Shown here piece after piece: positions 45,302 to 55,953 of a DNA stretch of 64,000 nucleotides (position 1 is the first letter of the stretch; every line of letters begins with the position of its first letter). Under the pieces are notes generated by a model, which worked only from the letters and a program-made list of their open reading frames with translations, was not told the DNA's origin and ran no database searches. The position numbers were made by a program, and so were the translations under genes. The stretch comes from a virus: positions 1 through 64,000 of IMG/VR virus record IMGVR_UViG_3300010413_002950; one strand, written 5' to 3'.

Positions 45302-47626
45302 CTACTCTGTAGGATAAATTTCTGATACATTACCATTTAGGTAAGTTGCTAAATTGTAATCGTATTCATGACCCAAGAATAAAGTCATCAATGGTGTAAA
45401 ATATTGCTTCCAAGATCCTACCAATGATGAAGCTCCGCCAGTAGTAGCTCCTTCAACTTCAATTGTTCCATCTATTGGATTTAAGTTGATGATTTTAGCT
45501 GAAGATTGAGGAAATGTTATAGCTGTGGTATTAGCTAATAGATCAGTGCCATTTCTTTTAACACATACATATTTATTAGTATAATCCCATAATACAGTAA
45601 TTCTTTCTGAAACTGATAAATATAGATCGTAAATAATAGAATCATCTGTAAGAATATCGTCTGTTCCCCAATGTGGAGCCCAAATAATAGAATGTTTTTT
45701 TGAAGCTATTACAGAAGAATAATTTCCAGGTAGCCAATAACATTTGCTCTCTCTTCTTTCCATAGAAGTAGAAACATTAGACATCGGAGATGTTAGAAAT
45801 GTAGCTTCATTAGCTCCATATCCTTCTTGTAAGCTAGATAGCCAAAAATATAATGCACTAGTTCCATCACTAGCAAATGTTTCAGAGGTGTCGCTACTAG
45901 CTCCAAAGTAAAACGGAACTTCTGTATCTGTGGTGTTGCAAAGTCCAGTAATAGCTATATGAAACCAGTCTTTTTGTAATCGCCTTATTGTATTTTTAGT
46001 ATTTGTGGCTATTACTACTTCATCTTCCAAATCAAATCTAGCATAAGCTGCTCCAGCTGATTCAGTACCATCAAAATGAGAAGCTGGAAGAAATAGATTT
46101 ACATATCTAGATCCATCATTTCTTACACAAATACTAAGATTATAGTATTTACCAGAAGTAACAGAATTAGCATTACGGTATAGCTGATGTAACGAATTAT
46201 CAGTACTTGGTGTAAATTTTTCAGCAGTATTTGAACCAAAGTATGTAGTAGGATCCTGAATAGCATTAGATGTTATAACATCGTTTGTTTGTGTTTTAAG
46301 ATATAGGTTGATGTTTTCGCTAAATTCTGCATAATCGGTTATTCTACTTTCTATAGCTACACAAATTCTGTTTAGTATTCTGCGTAGTGGCTTTTCATCT
46401 GTATCATAATTGCCACCCCATATTCCACCAGAACCAATTGAGAATCTGTCATTTGTACTAGCATTTTCATAATTCATGTCTATGAAATTAGCATATGGTT
46501 CAGACATATAGTTTGGATACATTGTTTCAACTTCGCTACATTCTAAGTACGAATTAATTAAATTGAATGCTGGGTATCCAGTTTCTAATGAAGTGGATTT
46601 ACTTATAGCTGTATATTCCAAATTGCCATCTATGTAGATTTTTAAAATTACAGATCCTTCAAAGTGTGACAAATCAAATCTTAGACCGTACCAAATTCCT
46701 TCATAAAAATTAAACGTAAATGACCCAATTAATCCATCAAATGAATAAACGTTTACATTTCCACTAAAATCATATGATATTGCATATCCAGATAAAAACG
46801 GATATGCGTATTTTCCATACGGACTAATTGTAGCCGTATCAGATCCACCATTACTCCAAAATCTAACCCTAAAATAGGTTACTTGGTTAATCCAATTGGT
46901 TTCTAATTCTGTAGTCCATGCAAATTCAACCGTAGAAAGAGAATCTCCAACTTTTAAAACGCTATCTTCTACTGTTAAATTATAAGTTATTGGATCTTGC
47001 CATTGAGTAAGATCTCCCTCTATTAAAAATTGATCAAGAAATTTCAAATAGGTTATTTCTATGGTTTCATTAACTGCCCTCATTAATTCTATAATTCCTT
47101 CAAGAGCAATTTTTGATTCAGGTTCAACAACTCGAAGATTAGAAACGTTTTCAGCTCCAGAAATATCAGGATCTGGTAATTCTATCAACCATGGATCTAG
47201 ACCTTGATGATCCTCTCCAAATTGTGTTTCATCTAATACCCATCGAAAATCAAACCAATTCCATATCCTATTTCTAGAATTGAATGCAAAGTAAATAATA
47301 TCATTTATAGTATCTTCTGGTCCCTTATTTTTCCAAAGATTAACAGATACGGATATTAACCTTCTAAGAGAATCGTAATCTAATTCGTTCGTTATGTAGT
47401 CAAGTTCAGGTGTCCAACCAACTATGTTTTTCAGATATTGTAATATTCTGTCTGGACATTCAGTTATTGACCAAATTGTCGGAATAGATTGAAGTATTTC
47501 TGAATTAATTTCCCATATTGTCTGTGGACCCACAAGATATCTTTCTAAAAATTGATATCCTTCTTGCTGATCTAGCTTCCTAATTTCTTCTATAAGAAAA
47601 TTGTATATTTGTGTAGGTACAGTCAT
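45302..47626 (-). CDS. baseplate wedge / tail protein I-like with appended fibre-like domain
   Basis: N-terminal LQYL..VGW...LRRLI...LWKNKG; follows baseplate J. Confidence 0.7.
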   Translation of the reverse strand: MTVPTQIYNFLIEEIRKLDQQEGYQFLERYLVGPQTIWEINSEILQSIPTIWSITECPDRILQYLKNIVGWTPELDYITNELDYDSLRRLISVSVNLWKNKGPEDTINDIIYFAFNSRNRIWNWFDFRWVLDETQFGEDHQGLDPWLIELPDPDISGAENVSNLRVVEPESKIALEGIIELMRAVNETIEITYLKFLDQFLIEGDLTQWQDPITYNLTVEDSVLKVGDSLSTVEFAWTTELETNWINQVTYFRVRFWSNGGSDTATISPYGKYAYPFLSGYAISYDFSGNVNVYSFDGLIGSFTFNFYEGIWYGLRFDLSHFEGSVILKIYIDGNLEYTAISKSTSLETGYPAFNLINSYLECSEVETMYPNYMSEPYANFIDMNYENASTNDRFSIGSGGIWGGNYDTDEKPLRRILNRICVAIESRITDYAEFSENINLYLKTQTNDVITSNAIQDPTTYFGSNTAEKFTPSTDNSLHQLYRNANSVTSGKYYNLSICVRNDGSRYVNLFLPASHFDGTESAGAAYARFDLEDEVVIATNTKNTIRRLQKDWFHIAITGLCNTTDTEVPFYFGASSDTSETFASDGTSALYFWLSSLQEGYGANEATFLTSPMSNVSTSMERRESKCYWLPGNYSSVIASKKHSIIWAPHWGTDDILTDDSIIYDLYLSVSERITVLWDYTNKYVCVKRNGTDLLANTTAITFPQSSAKIINLNPIDGTIEVEGATTGGASSLVGSWKQYFTPLMTLFLGHEYDYNLATYLNGNVSEIYPTE

Positions 47627-47627
47627 A

Positions 47628-49811
47628 TTAACCAGCGGTAATAATTATATTTCCAGCTAATGGCAATTGTCTAGTTTCTAGTATTAAATCGGATGCAACA
47701 CCATTAATAAGTAAATTTTCAACATTAACGATATTAGAATCTGTAAGATGTATTTTATGTGTCATATCTGATAAATAGATAGTATCTCCAAATTCCCACT
47801 CAAATGTTACTCCATCTTCGGTTTTAGCTTCTGGGTTTAATAATGCCGTTAGCGCATCTTCTACAGCATCAACACTGGTTGCACCATATACTGTGGCTGA
47901 TATGTTGACAGTTTTTGGCTCATAATTTGTGGCTACCACTTCCTGATTTGCCACTAGCCTTTTAGGGGCTGGAGGTAAAGCATATTTGTCACCATTGAAA
48001 TACAATTCTAGAGCTTCTAATTGCTCTGTAGATGCTGGACTACCACCCGAAGCTACAACTATTATCTCTGTTGTTTTTGGACCAAATGCCCCTTCATTAG
48101 CAAAAGCTCTAGCGAAAATTCTAGAACCTGTAATTGGATCTATATATGCTTCGGTAAGTGTTTCTATATCTCCTGGACCTAAAGCTACAGAGCTTACTCT
48201 TAAAGAAGCTGGACCAAGAATTTTAGCCAATTCAAGGCTTTCTTCACTAGCACTTTGTGATTCTTGCCAACCAAAAGATGGCCTTGGATTCCACAGTGAA
48301 GCTATATTGATAAGACCAGATTTGTCAACTGTTATAGAATTTTCACCAACTGTTCCATTTATATCCACACCATATCTATATGTTGCAGCTATTGTTTGTC
48401 CACTACCAGGAATCAATCCTCTAATTCCATCTCCAAATTTAATAACCCCTCTATCATTTTCTCCAAGCTTGAACGTATAGTGCAACGATGTAGCGGTACT
48501 TTGAAGAAAGTTATCAACCTTTTGCCACACAATACTATTAACTGTTACTGTTTCAGAATTATCTATTACTCCTTCTCTAACTGTTTGAAATTCTTGATTA
48601 GCGGTTCCATCTGAAATTCCTAAGGATGATTCCTGTTGTAATTTACCTTGAATAGCTAAAGCTTTAACATATTGATCTCCAATATCTATTCGCAATTGAT
48701 CTATAATAGGAGCTGTAGGTGTACTTACAGAAATAATTCTGTAGCGTAACCAATAATTATTTTCATTATTTACTTCGCCTTTAACCCATTCTAGTGTCAA
48801 ATTCTCTGGTAGTATATAGTCTACATCTCCAGCTGCAGCTAAATTGATAGCAGTTCCAGAAACGGATAACTCTTTCCAATTTCTACCAGCTGTATAATGC
48901 TCTGGGTTATTATCCCAATCGCTAACTTGTTGACCTAGCAAGGTAGATGTAGTGATATAGTTTTTATTACCGCTTCCATAATCAGCCCATTCAGAAACTA
49001 TATTTTCTTCTGCAGATCCAGTTTGATCTAGCTGAATTCTAACTAGTGTTCCAGATCTATCGCTAGTACCTAATAAATTATTAATCTCAAATCGCAATGT
49101 AGATCCAACTATAGCTACAGAATTTGGATGATCATCGAGAACATTACCATCATAGAATTCCCAGATACCTGTTAATCCAGATCCAACTGTATCAAAAGCC
49201 ACATTTAGCTTATTCCACAAAATGCCACTATGTCCTATATACAAACAATCCCTAGCTGCAGGACTAGCCCATGGTGTAAAGTCATCTCCAGGAGCGCTAT
49301 TAGCTTTGGCTGTATAATCTGTGTAAGTATCTAAGCTATAGTCATAGGCAAATACTTTGGTTATATCACCTTCGCTACTTGCAGCTACAGTAAGAGCTTC
49401 TAAAACCTCAAATGTAATTACTTCTCCTGTAACTTGAGATCTAGTAGCAACCTGAGCATATTGGTTAATAACTTGGGTAGCTACAGTTAATGGTTGTGTA
49501 AGCTTAAAAACAATATCAACTTTAGCTGGAGAAGCAGAAGCTAATTCATAATCTATAAGCCTAAGCATATTGCGAATAGTTTCAGCAAGTCTAGCTGTAG
49601 GTAACGTGTTCTCATTGGCTAGCATATCAGCATTAGTATTATTGAGGTGACCAACCAAAGCAAAAGCTCTAAGCAATTGAATTAATGGCTCATGTACAGA
49701 TTCATCTGTTAATTCTGGTACATTGATACGCTTAAATTGAATTAACTGCTCTAATATTTGAGGATAATAAAAGGCAGACCAATCAAAACTAGGAATTTCA
49801 ATATTTGCCAT
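47628..49811 (-). CDS. baseplate J/gp6-like wedge protein
   Basis: ENTLPTA, IKFGDGIRGLIP, YRYG, ESEE..K..GP.SLR; start at MANIEIP. Confidence 0.85.
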   Translation of the reverse strand: MANIEIPSFDWSAFYYPQILEQLIQFKRINVPELTDESVHEPLIQLLRAFALVGHLNNTNADMLANENTLPTARLAETIRNMLRLIDYELASASPAKVDIVFKLTQPLTVATQVINQYAQVATRSQVTGEVITFEVLEALTVAASSEGDITKVFAYDYSLDTYTDYTAKANSAPGDDFTPWASPAARDCLYIGHSGILWNKLNVAFDTVGSGLTGIWEFYDGNVLDDHPNSVAIVGSTLRFEINNLLGTSDRSGTLVRIQLDQTGSAEENIVSEWADYGSGNKNYITTSTLLGQQVSDWDNNPEHYTAGRNWKELSVSGTAINLAAAGDVDYILPENLTLEWVKGEVNNENNYWLRYRIISVSTPTAPIIDQLRIDIGDQYVKALAIQGKLQQESSLGISDGTANQEFQTVREGVIDNSETVTVNSIVWQKVDNFLQSTATSLHYTFKLGENDRGVIKFGDGIRGLIPGSGQTIAATYRYGVDINGTVGENSITVDKSGLINIASLWNPRPSFGWQESQSASEESLELAKILGPASLRVSSVALGPGDIETLTEAYIDPITGSRIFARAFANEGAFGPKTTEIIVVASGGSPASTEQLEALELYFNGDKYALPPAPKRLVANQEVVATNYEPKTVNISATVYGATSVDAVEDALTALLNPEAKTEDGVTFEWEFGDTIYLSDMTHKIHLTDSNIVNVENLLINGVASDLILETRQLPLAGNIIITAG

Positions 49812-49812
49812 C

Positions 49813-50193
49813 TTATGCTCCTGTTCTGAAAGCGTGCCTAAACACCGTTGGAGTATCACTTTCCAAATTGATAAACTGAAATTCTAATATAAGCTCCTGT
49901 CTTGAAACATCTCTAGACCACTTAATTGTATTACGTGCAAGCTTATATAGCAAATCATCTTCAAATTCTTTAAATATTTTATACAATCTACGGGTTATAT
50001 CTGCTCTAAGTTGATCTGTATTTGATCCAAATATCATAGACTCACCTAAAGATACATCTTGTTGATAAGCATTATCATTATAGCCAGATCCAAGAGCTGT
50101 TTTTATAATCTTAATAGCTTGCTCGTCTCCTTCTATAATTTTAGAGCCGCCAAAATTATTTACACCTACTGGAATTTTTAAGCCTTTTGCCAT
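49813..50193 (-). CDS. gp25/gpW-like baseplate protein
   Basis: size, GL.IP start, position between spike and J. Confidence 0.65.
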   Translation of the reverse strand: MAKGLKIPVGVNNFGGSKIIEGDEQAIKIIKTALGSGYNDNAYQQDVSLGESMIFGSNTDQLRADITRRLYKIFKEFEDDLLYKLARNTIKWSRDVSRQELILEFQFINLESDTPTVFRHAFRTGA

Positions 50194-50194
50194 A

Positions 50195-50635
50195 TTATGA
50201 CCAATTAATTGGGCTACCTCCACCACTAGGAGTAGCCGTTCCTGTTCTTATCCAATTGTCAATTGCTGTAGCAAATCGCTGTGCTCCTTCAGCCCACGTG
50301 TCAGGAAACATCATGGTAAATAAATTGTAAAACCCTACAGATCCAGGGGGTGGCGTACCAACATAAGCTGGTAACATTCCGATAGCTATAGCATTAGCAA
50401 AATTAGCAAAGGCCAATTCCATTTCAGCTGAAGCTTCAACCTCTAATATAAATATAGCCATTAATTCTGTTTCCAAGCTAGAAGCAGCACTATCAACAGT
50501 TGTTGAAGAAGGAATAATATTAGAGGAGTAAAGTCTCATAGCCTCCTTCCATTTATATGCTGCATCTTCAGCACAATCGCTACAATCTTCTGCTAAATCG
50601 CACAAATCTTCTCTTAGCTGTATTGGATCTAACAT
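50195..50635 (-). CDS. hypothetical baseplate-region protein
   Basis: 146-aa ORF coupled to spike gene. Confidence 0.6.
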   Translation of the reverse strand: MLDPIQLREDLCDLAEDCSDCAEDAAYKWKEAMRLYSSNIIPSSTTVDSAASSLETELMAIFILEVEASAEMELAFANFANAIAIGMLPAYVGTPPPGSVGFYNLFTMMFPDTWAEGAQRFATAIDNWIRTGTATPSGGGSPINWS

Positions 50636-51237
50636 TATTTACTAAATACCTCTGTTGATAATGTATTAGCTGGCAATGGAACAATTGGTACACCAGTTGG
50701 TCCCATAGCAGAAGAATGAGTATGAGTATCATAAGCTGTCTTAAATGAAGTACCTAAAACAACTGGCTCTACAGCGCCTTCACCCAACTGTATAATTCCA
50801 TTCTGTAGATCTATCCTAATATCACCATTTTTTAGTGATATAGAAATCTTTTCTTGTCCAGTGCTATCATCAAATATAACAATGTTTCCAGCTGGAGAAG
50901 CAAAACCACGCCTTTTCCCATAGTTCGTTTTGAATTCATCATTAATAGGCGTATCTTGATTATATTCTCTTTTGCCTTCCCAGTGGATATCAGGAGCTTG
51001 GATAAAGCCTTGACCATATGATCTATCTTTATCGTTACTACTAACTACAACAATTTCTACTTCTTCGCCGATATCAGGAACATAGAACCAACCCCAGTCA
51101 AATCTAGGATCGATCCATCTATTGTATTTAATTTCATCTGAGCCAAGTAGCCCTATGCAAGAAACCTGTATCCTTCCTCTAGTTTCTGGATCCTGGTTGT
51201 CTACTACTGTAGCAGGAAATTTCTCTTCTGTATTCAT
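50635..51237 (-). CDS. baseplate spike (gpV/gp5 OB-fold)
   Basis: VVDNQDPETRGRIQV, VPDIGEEV, C-terminal HTH metal motif. Confidence 0.88.
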   Translation of the reverse strand: MNTEEKFPATVVDNQDPETRGRIQVSCIGLLGSDEIKYNRWIDPRFDWGWFYVPDIGEEVEIVVVSSNDKDRSYGQGFIQAPDIHWEGKREYNQDTPINDEFKTNYGKRRGFASPAGNIVIFDDSTGQEKISISLKNGDIRIDLQNGIIQLGEGAVEPVVLGTSFKTAYDTHTHSSAMGPTGVPIVPLPANTLSTEVFSK

Positions 51238-52431
51238 CTATATAACTTTCCTTGCTGTGAAGTCTATGAGATATCCACTAGTTGGATTGAATACATGTCT
51301 CACTCTAGTAAAATAATAATCACCACTAAGCCCCACATCTGGAAGCTTTATCTCATGAATCTGTCTAGCAAAAACATCTGGTACACCAATTGTTGTACCC
51401 CTCCCCACAATGAAATTCTCTCTTCTTTTATTCCACCACATTTGAGCCCACAGCTTAGCCTCAATAGGTGTTTTAAATTTTATATCGCTAACTACATCTA
51501 TAGCATAATTGCCAAAAAATAGTTTTAGAACTGCACCACCAGTGGTATGAGATTCTCCAATTGTTTCACTTGCATTTCCAGTGTATCTAACATCAGGTAC
51601 TGATTCCGTATCATCAAATTCTTCAAGTACGGTTTGTGGTCCTGACTCATCTGTCCCAGGAATTCTGCCTTGAACCTGAAGCTTAGTAATTGCTCCTTGC
51701 AAGGCCATTTCTGGAACAAAATCTAATAGTGTTCCCTTATTTCCAGCATAATATTGAAATGTATGTTTGCTTACTTCTTGCTCAAGAGCTAAATTAGCTG
51801 GATCTTTAAAATGAAGTGTCCATCCACCATCGTAGTCAACCCAAAAGCTATAGCCCATGATATTAGCTAGGGCGTCAACAAATTCATAGTCGCTCATATC
51901 GGCTTTTTGAGGCGAAGAATATCTGCCTGGAGTTTCATCTATATCAAGATTTGAAAATGAATAAGCGTCTCTATTGGCTACATTCTCTACAGCTTCATGG
52001 ATTAATGTACTTTCTTCTATAATTCTATCTTTAGATCTATCTATTGGCGGTCTATGTTGCATCATAAGAAAATCAGCAGTATTAGCTACTACATTAATTG
52101 TCGGAAAGCTATCTCCAGATGGATAATTGATTTTTACATTAGTAATAATAGCTCTACCAACTTCACTCACAGAAGGCCCATAACCAAAATAGAGCCCTAG
52201 CTCATTTCCTGGTTGCCATAGCTTGGAATCACTAAGCATAAAATCAGGATTAATTAATGTTAATCTAGCCTCATCAGCTATTCCATCAGCGCTTTCGTAT
52301 TCTAATTCTTGTACAAATTTGCTTATATTGACACCTATCTCAACACCTTCAACCGTAATGTCAAAATTAGGAGCTGAAAAATCTGTTTTTTCTCCTAGTA
52401 ATGAACTAGCTATGTCTCCTAATGCTACCAT
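51238..52431 (-). CDS. baseplate hub (gpD/late control D-like)
   Basis: Q..MSDYEFV..LA, LHF, G.YYFTRVRHVF motifs. Confidence 0.8.
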   Translation of the reverse strand: MVALGDIASSLLGEKTDFSAPNFDITVEGVEIGVNISKFVQELEYESADGIADEARLTLINPDFMLSDSKLWQPGNELGLYFGYGPSVSEVGRAIITNVKINYPSGDSFPTINVVANTADFLMMQHRPPIDRSKDRIIEESTLIHEAVENVANRDAYSFSNLDIDETPGRYSSPQKADMSDYEFVDALANIMGYSFWVDYDGGWTLHFKDPANLALEQEVSKHTFQYYAGNKGTLLDFVPEMALQGAITKLQVQGRIPGTDESGPQTVLEEFDDTESVPDVRYTGNASETIGESHTTGGAVLKLFFGNYAIDVVSDIKFKTPIEAKLWAQMWWNKRRENFIVGRGTTIGVPDVFARQIHEIKLPDVGLSGDYYFTRVRHVFNPTSGYLIDFTARKVI

Positions 52432-53339
52432 TATAACCCTATAGGAACTAACACAGAAAAATAAGGCTGATTAGTTCTTTCAAAAGTTTCATTTCGTAGA
52501 TCTCGCTGTGGTGTTTCTTTAGTGCCAAAGCTATTTTTGAAAGTAGTTGACTTAGGTGTTATAACTTCTCGCTTAATAGCTCCGGCTGAAGGAAGCTTTA
52601 TGATATCGCCTTCAGCTATAACCTGCTTATCGGGATGTAACCTTCTAATTACATCTCCCAATTTAGGCTCTCCATATTCTCTATAAGCAAGTAATTCGTA
52701 ATAATCACCTTCTTGAGCCCTATGATATCGAGTCAAAGGAAATGGCTTTGGCTCTAAACTAAATTCTTCTACAGCTCTTATTGTAATTGAGCATTGTACG
52801 CCACGGATACCGCCATTTTTCTTAGGAAATCTGAAATATCTAATTTCGCCTAAGCTCATTCTGCCACGAGCTAAATTAATGTTGCCATCTCCATATTCAA
52901 ATGATACATATGGCGGTCTTCCCAAGGAATCATCTTTCTTAGTCCATTCCTTGAGCTTAGCTATCTTATCTCCAGGAGCTGTATCATCAGAGGCCACAAA
53001 GCTCTCAACAGAGAAAGTAGCTGCGGCTGCTATGCCACTAATTACATCTGTGGGTGGCCCTTCATGATTTGCGAAAAAGAAAGCTCCAAAGGTTATAGTA
53101 TCTGGTGTGCCACGCAAGTATTGTGTTATCGGATTAGTACGGTTAAGGGATGTGTGTTCTATCCATTCAGATCCAACATTTTCGGTAAGATCTATTGGGC
53201 CAAATTGTCCAGTAACTGGCTCTTCATCGGTATCTACATTCTTAATAGTCCATACGATAGGCTCATCAGCCAATAGCTTATTTATAGCTGATGCTATTGG
53301 CCCAGCTGCTACTTGACCTATTGCTCTACCTATTGCCAT
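52431..53339 (-). CDS. tail tube initiator (gpU-like) with LysM/gpX-like domain
   Basis: PITQYLRG.PDTITF; EGDYYELLAYREYG...IIKLP. Confidence 0.75.
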   Translation of the reverse strand: MAIGRAIGQVAAGPIASAINKLLADEPIVWTIKNVDTDEEPVTGQFGPIDLTENVGSEWIEHTSLNRTNPITQYLRGTPDTITFGAFFFANHEGPPTDVISGIAAAATFSVESFVASDDTAPGDKIAKLKEWTKKDDSLGRPPYVSFEYGDGNINLARGRMSLGEIRYFRFPKKNGGIRGVQCSITIRAVEEFSLEPKPFPLTRYHRAQEGDYYELLAYREYGEPKLGDVIRRLHPDKQVIAEGDIIKLPSAGAIKREVITPKSTTFKNSFGTKETPQRDLRNETFERTNQPYFSVLVPIGL

Positions 53340-53341
53340 AA

Positions 53342-55762
53342 TTACCTACTTATTGGCATTGCGCCATGATATGCTACTATTCCTGGTTGCCAAGGTTTCT
53401 CTTTTCCTCCCCTACGTTGTATCTCTCTTTCTGCCCTGCTATTGGCTTTAGCTACCTCTCTACCATCAATATTTATGCTAGTGCATTTGTCCTTGCTAAC
53501 GCTATCAGCCGCCTGCTGAGCGGCATTTCGTGTCTCTCCAGCTACTTCTGCTAGATTCTCAGAAGTTACCGTTAATTGTTTAGCAAAATCTTGCATGAAT
53601 TTAGCGTTTCCAGACTCTGATTCAGCAATGTATTTCTGGATCATTTCTTGATCCATTTGCATACCTTTCTTTTGGATTGCAGCTATTTGTGGTGCCCTTT
53701 TGGCTTTAGCTTCTTCGGGACCAAGCAAACCAGCTGCTTCTCTTTCTTCCATGGAAACAGCTTTTCTAACAATTATCGGTTTAGCTAATTCTTCTGACCA
53801 CTTTTTCCAGGATTCAGGAGCTTGAATTCCGGCAAATTCTAAACCTTTAACAACCCAGCCTACAGTACTTTTAGCTAAATTGATAATGCCGTTAAACAGA
53901 GTTTCAAAAGCTGTAGCTATATGGCCTATAATTTCTTGATAGAAATTCAAAAAGCTTTGTCCTGGTCTTTTAAGCGCTAAAACTGCTATTCCAATAGCAG
54001 CTAAAGCTCCTAATAGAACCAAAACAGGACCAGAAACTAATCCCAACATAGCTATTCCTACAGCCTTTATTGAAGCACCAAAGGCTAATAATTTTTGAAA
54101 TGCAAGAATACCAAGTAATTGACCTAATAACCATAGATCCTTAATAACTGTAATCAAATTTGCAGAGAATGCTACTTGTAAAATTGGCCCTAACCCTAAA
54201 AGAATTCTACCAAAAACAGATAACATTGGAAGCAAACCAGATACTGTCCACCATAGCCCCTTAAATAACATAGACACACCTTTAAGAGCCACTCCAAAAA
54301 TTGGCATCATTGCCCCAAAGCCCATAAAGGTAAATGCAAATTCGCTTATTTTCCTTTTAGCACCTGGACCAAAAGCTTCATCTCCAGCTACACCCCACTG
54401 GAATAGAATCTTATGAATTGCTTTGAATGAATTGGATATATTGTTCATAGCATCATCAAAACCTTGAGCTATGGCTACCATATCCCAGCCAAATTTATCT
54501 CCAGCTTCTCTAAGCTTATCAAAATCTGCTCCACTTTTTCTAATTTCTCGAATAGCCTTAACTGCATATAAGAAATTATTAAGTGATTCAGTTACAGTTT
54601 GAAAAGCTTTTTTACCAGCTCCTTGAAATGGCAAGAATATCTCAATAGCTAAACTCTCCATTGAAGACATAAACAAAGTAAAAGCACCAGCTAAATTGTC
54701 TAATCTTGTTTTAGCTGCTTCAGATGCAGCTCCCATGCTATCAACTAAAGCGTTTTTCAATGTATTGGTTGATTCAACTCCAGCATCAGCTAAAGCAGCA
54801 AAAGCTCTAGAAGCACGCTGTGGGAAGATAACAGATTCAATTTCTGCTCTTTTAGCAAGATCTGGAATTCTATCTAATGCTTTTCTATAATCTGCAACCA
54901 CTTCAATAAGCGGCCTAAAGCCTTTCCCATCGGCTCTTATAAGGCTAACGCCTAACTTCTCCATAGCCTTAGCTGCTTGTTTAGAAGGAGATACTAGAGC
55001 ATTAACTAGGTTCATCATTAACATACCACCGGTGGAACCCTTATGCATTCGATTAGCCAATTGGCCCAAAACAGCTGTAGTTTCTTCAAGTGTCATCCCC
55101 CATTTTTGAGCACTAGATGCACCATAGCTCATAGCTTCAGCCATTTCAGGAAGCGTAGTAGCCGATTTCTGTCCAGCTACGGTTAATACATCTGAAACCC
55201 TAGCCGCATCTTTCATCTCTAGCCCCATAGCTCTAGTTACGCCACCAACATATTGAGCTGCTTCTCCTAACCCAATACCAGCAACTGCAGCTGCATCCAT
55301 GGTAGGACCAATAGCTTCCATGATTTCATTGGCATTGAAGCCTAAAACACCCAATTCTTTTATAGCCTGAGCTGATTGGGTAGCAGAAAATACAGATTCA
55401 ATACCTAGCTGTCTAGTTTTATCAACTAGCATTTTATATTCTTCTTGGCTAATTCCTCTCATTACAGCTTTGATATTAGAAAGCTCTTTTTCATATTCTA
55501 CAGACTTCATTATACCAAAGCCCATAGCTGCAGTTAATGGCAACATTGCTTTAGATATTTCTGTAAGCCCCTTAGCTGTAGTTTGAGCACCCCTACCTAT
55601 ACTACTAAAGGCTTTAGACATATTAGATTCCATGCCAGATCCAGCATTTCTGGTTGATTGCTCAAGGCTAGAAATTGCACGTTTACCTCTACTCGCTCCA
55701 GCTTCCATTTGAGTTGGATTGAGTGTAAGTAGCGCTCCTAAACCCATGGATTCTAATGCCAT
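53342..55762 (-). CDS. tail tape measure protein (TP901-family core)
   Basis: S.FSATQSAQA..ELG..GF, DVL, LEET.AVLG.LA, Ala/Gly-rich helices. Confidence 0.92.
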   Translation of the reverse strand: MALESMGLGALLTLNPTQMEAGASRGKRAISSLEQSTRNAGSGMESNMSKAFSSIGRGAQTTAKGLTEISKAMLPLTAAMGFGIMKSVEYEKELSNIKAVMRGISQEEYKMLVDKTRQLGIESVFSATQSAQAIKELGVLGFNANEIMEAIGPTMDAAAVAGIGLGEAAQYVGGVTRAMGLEMKDAARVSDVLTVAGQKSATTLPEMAEAMSYGASSAQKWGMTLEETTAVLGQLANRMHKGSTGGMLMMNLVNALVSPSKQAAKAMEKLGVSLIRADGKGFRPLIEVVADYRKALDRIPDLAKRAEIESVIFPQRASRAFAALADAGVESTNTLKNALVDSMGAASEAAKTRLDNLAGAFTLFMSSMESLAIEIFLPFQGAGKKAFQTVTESLNNFLYAVKAIREIRKSGADFDKLREAGDKFGWDMVAIAQGFDDAMNNISNSFKAIHKILFQWGVAGDEAFGPGAKRKISEFAFTFMGFGAMMPIFGVALKGVSMLFKGLWWTVSGLLPMLSVFGRILLGLGPILQVAFSANLITVIKDLWLLGQLLGILAFQKLLAFGASIKAVGIAMLGLVSGPVLVLLGALAAIGIAVLALKRPGQSFLNFYQEIIGHIATAFETLFNGIINLAKSTVGWVVKGLEFAGIQAPESWKKWSEELAKPIIVRKAVSMEEREAAGLLGPEEAKAKRAPQIAAIQKKGMQMDQEMIQKYIAESESGNAKFMQDFAKQLTVTSENLAEVAGETRNAAQQAADSVSKDKCTSINIDGREVAKANSRAEREIQRRGGKEKPWQPGIVAYHGAMPISR

Positions 55763-55953
55763 TACTTTATCTCTTCAGCTTTCTTTTTTGCTTCAAAATA
55801 TTTAATCATTCTATCAATATATTCTTCCATATATTTAAATTCCATCTCCATAGCTTGATCAAGATTAACTCCGCCACGCGAATGAAATGTTATAGTAAAT
55901 AAGCTATCGTAAACCTCCTTATCCCCGATTAATGGGAAGTAACTGAGAAAAAA
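55762..55953 (-). CDS. -1 frameshift extension of tail assembly chaperone (gpGT-like)
   Basis: T TTT TTC slippery site 55947-55953; -1 frame open to TAA overlapping the tape measure ATG. Confidence 0.8.
   Translation of the reverse strand, partial: FFLSYFPLIGDKEVYDSLFTITFHSRGGVNLDQAMEMEFKYMEEYIDRMIKYFEAKKKAEEIK

Noticed and set aside
40968-47626. Diversity-generating retroelement or invertase-driven fibre switching
   Set aside because: No reverse transcriptase, no adenine-specific TR/VR pair, no invertase or inverted repeats; the duplication is direct and old.
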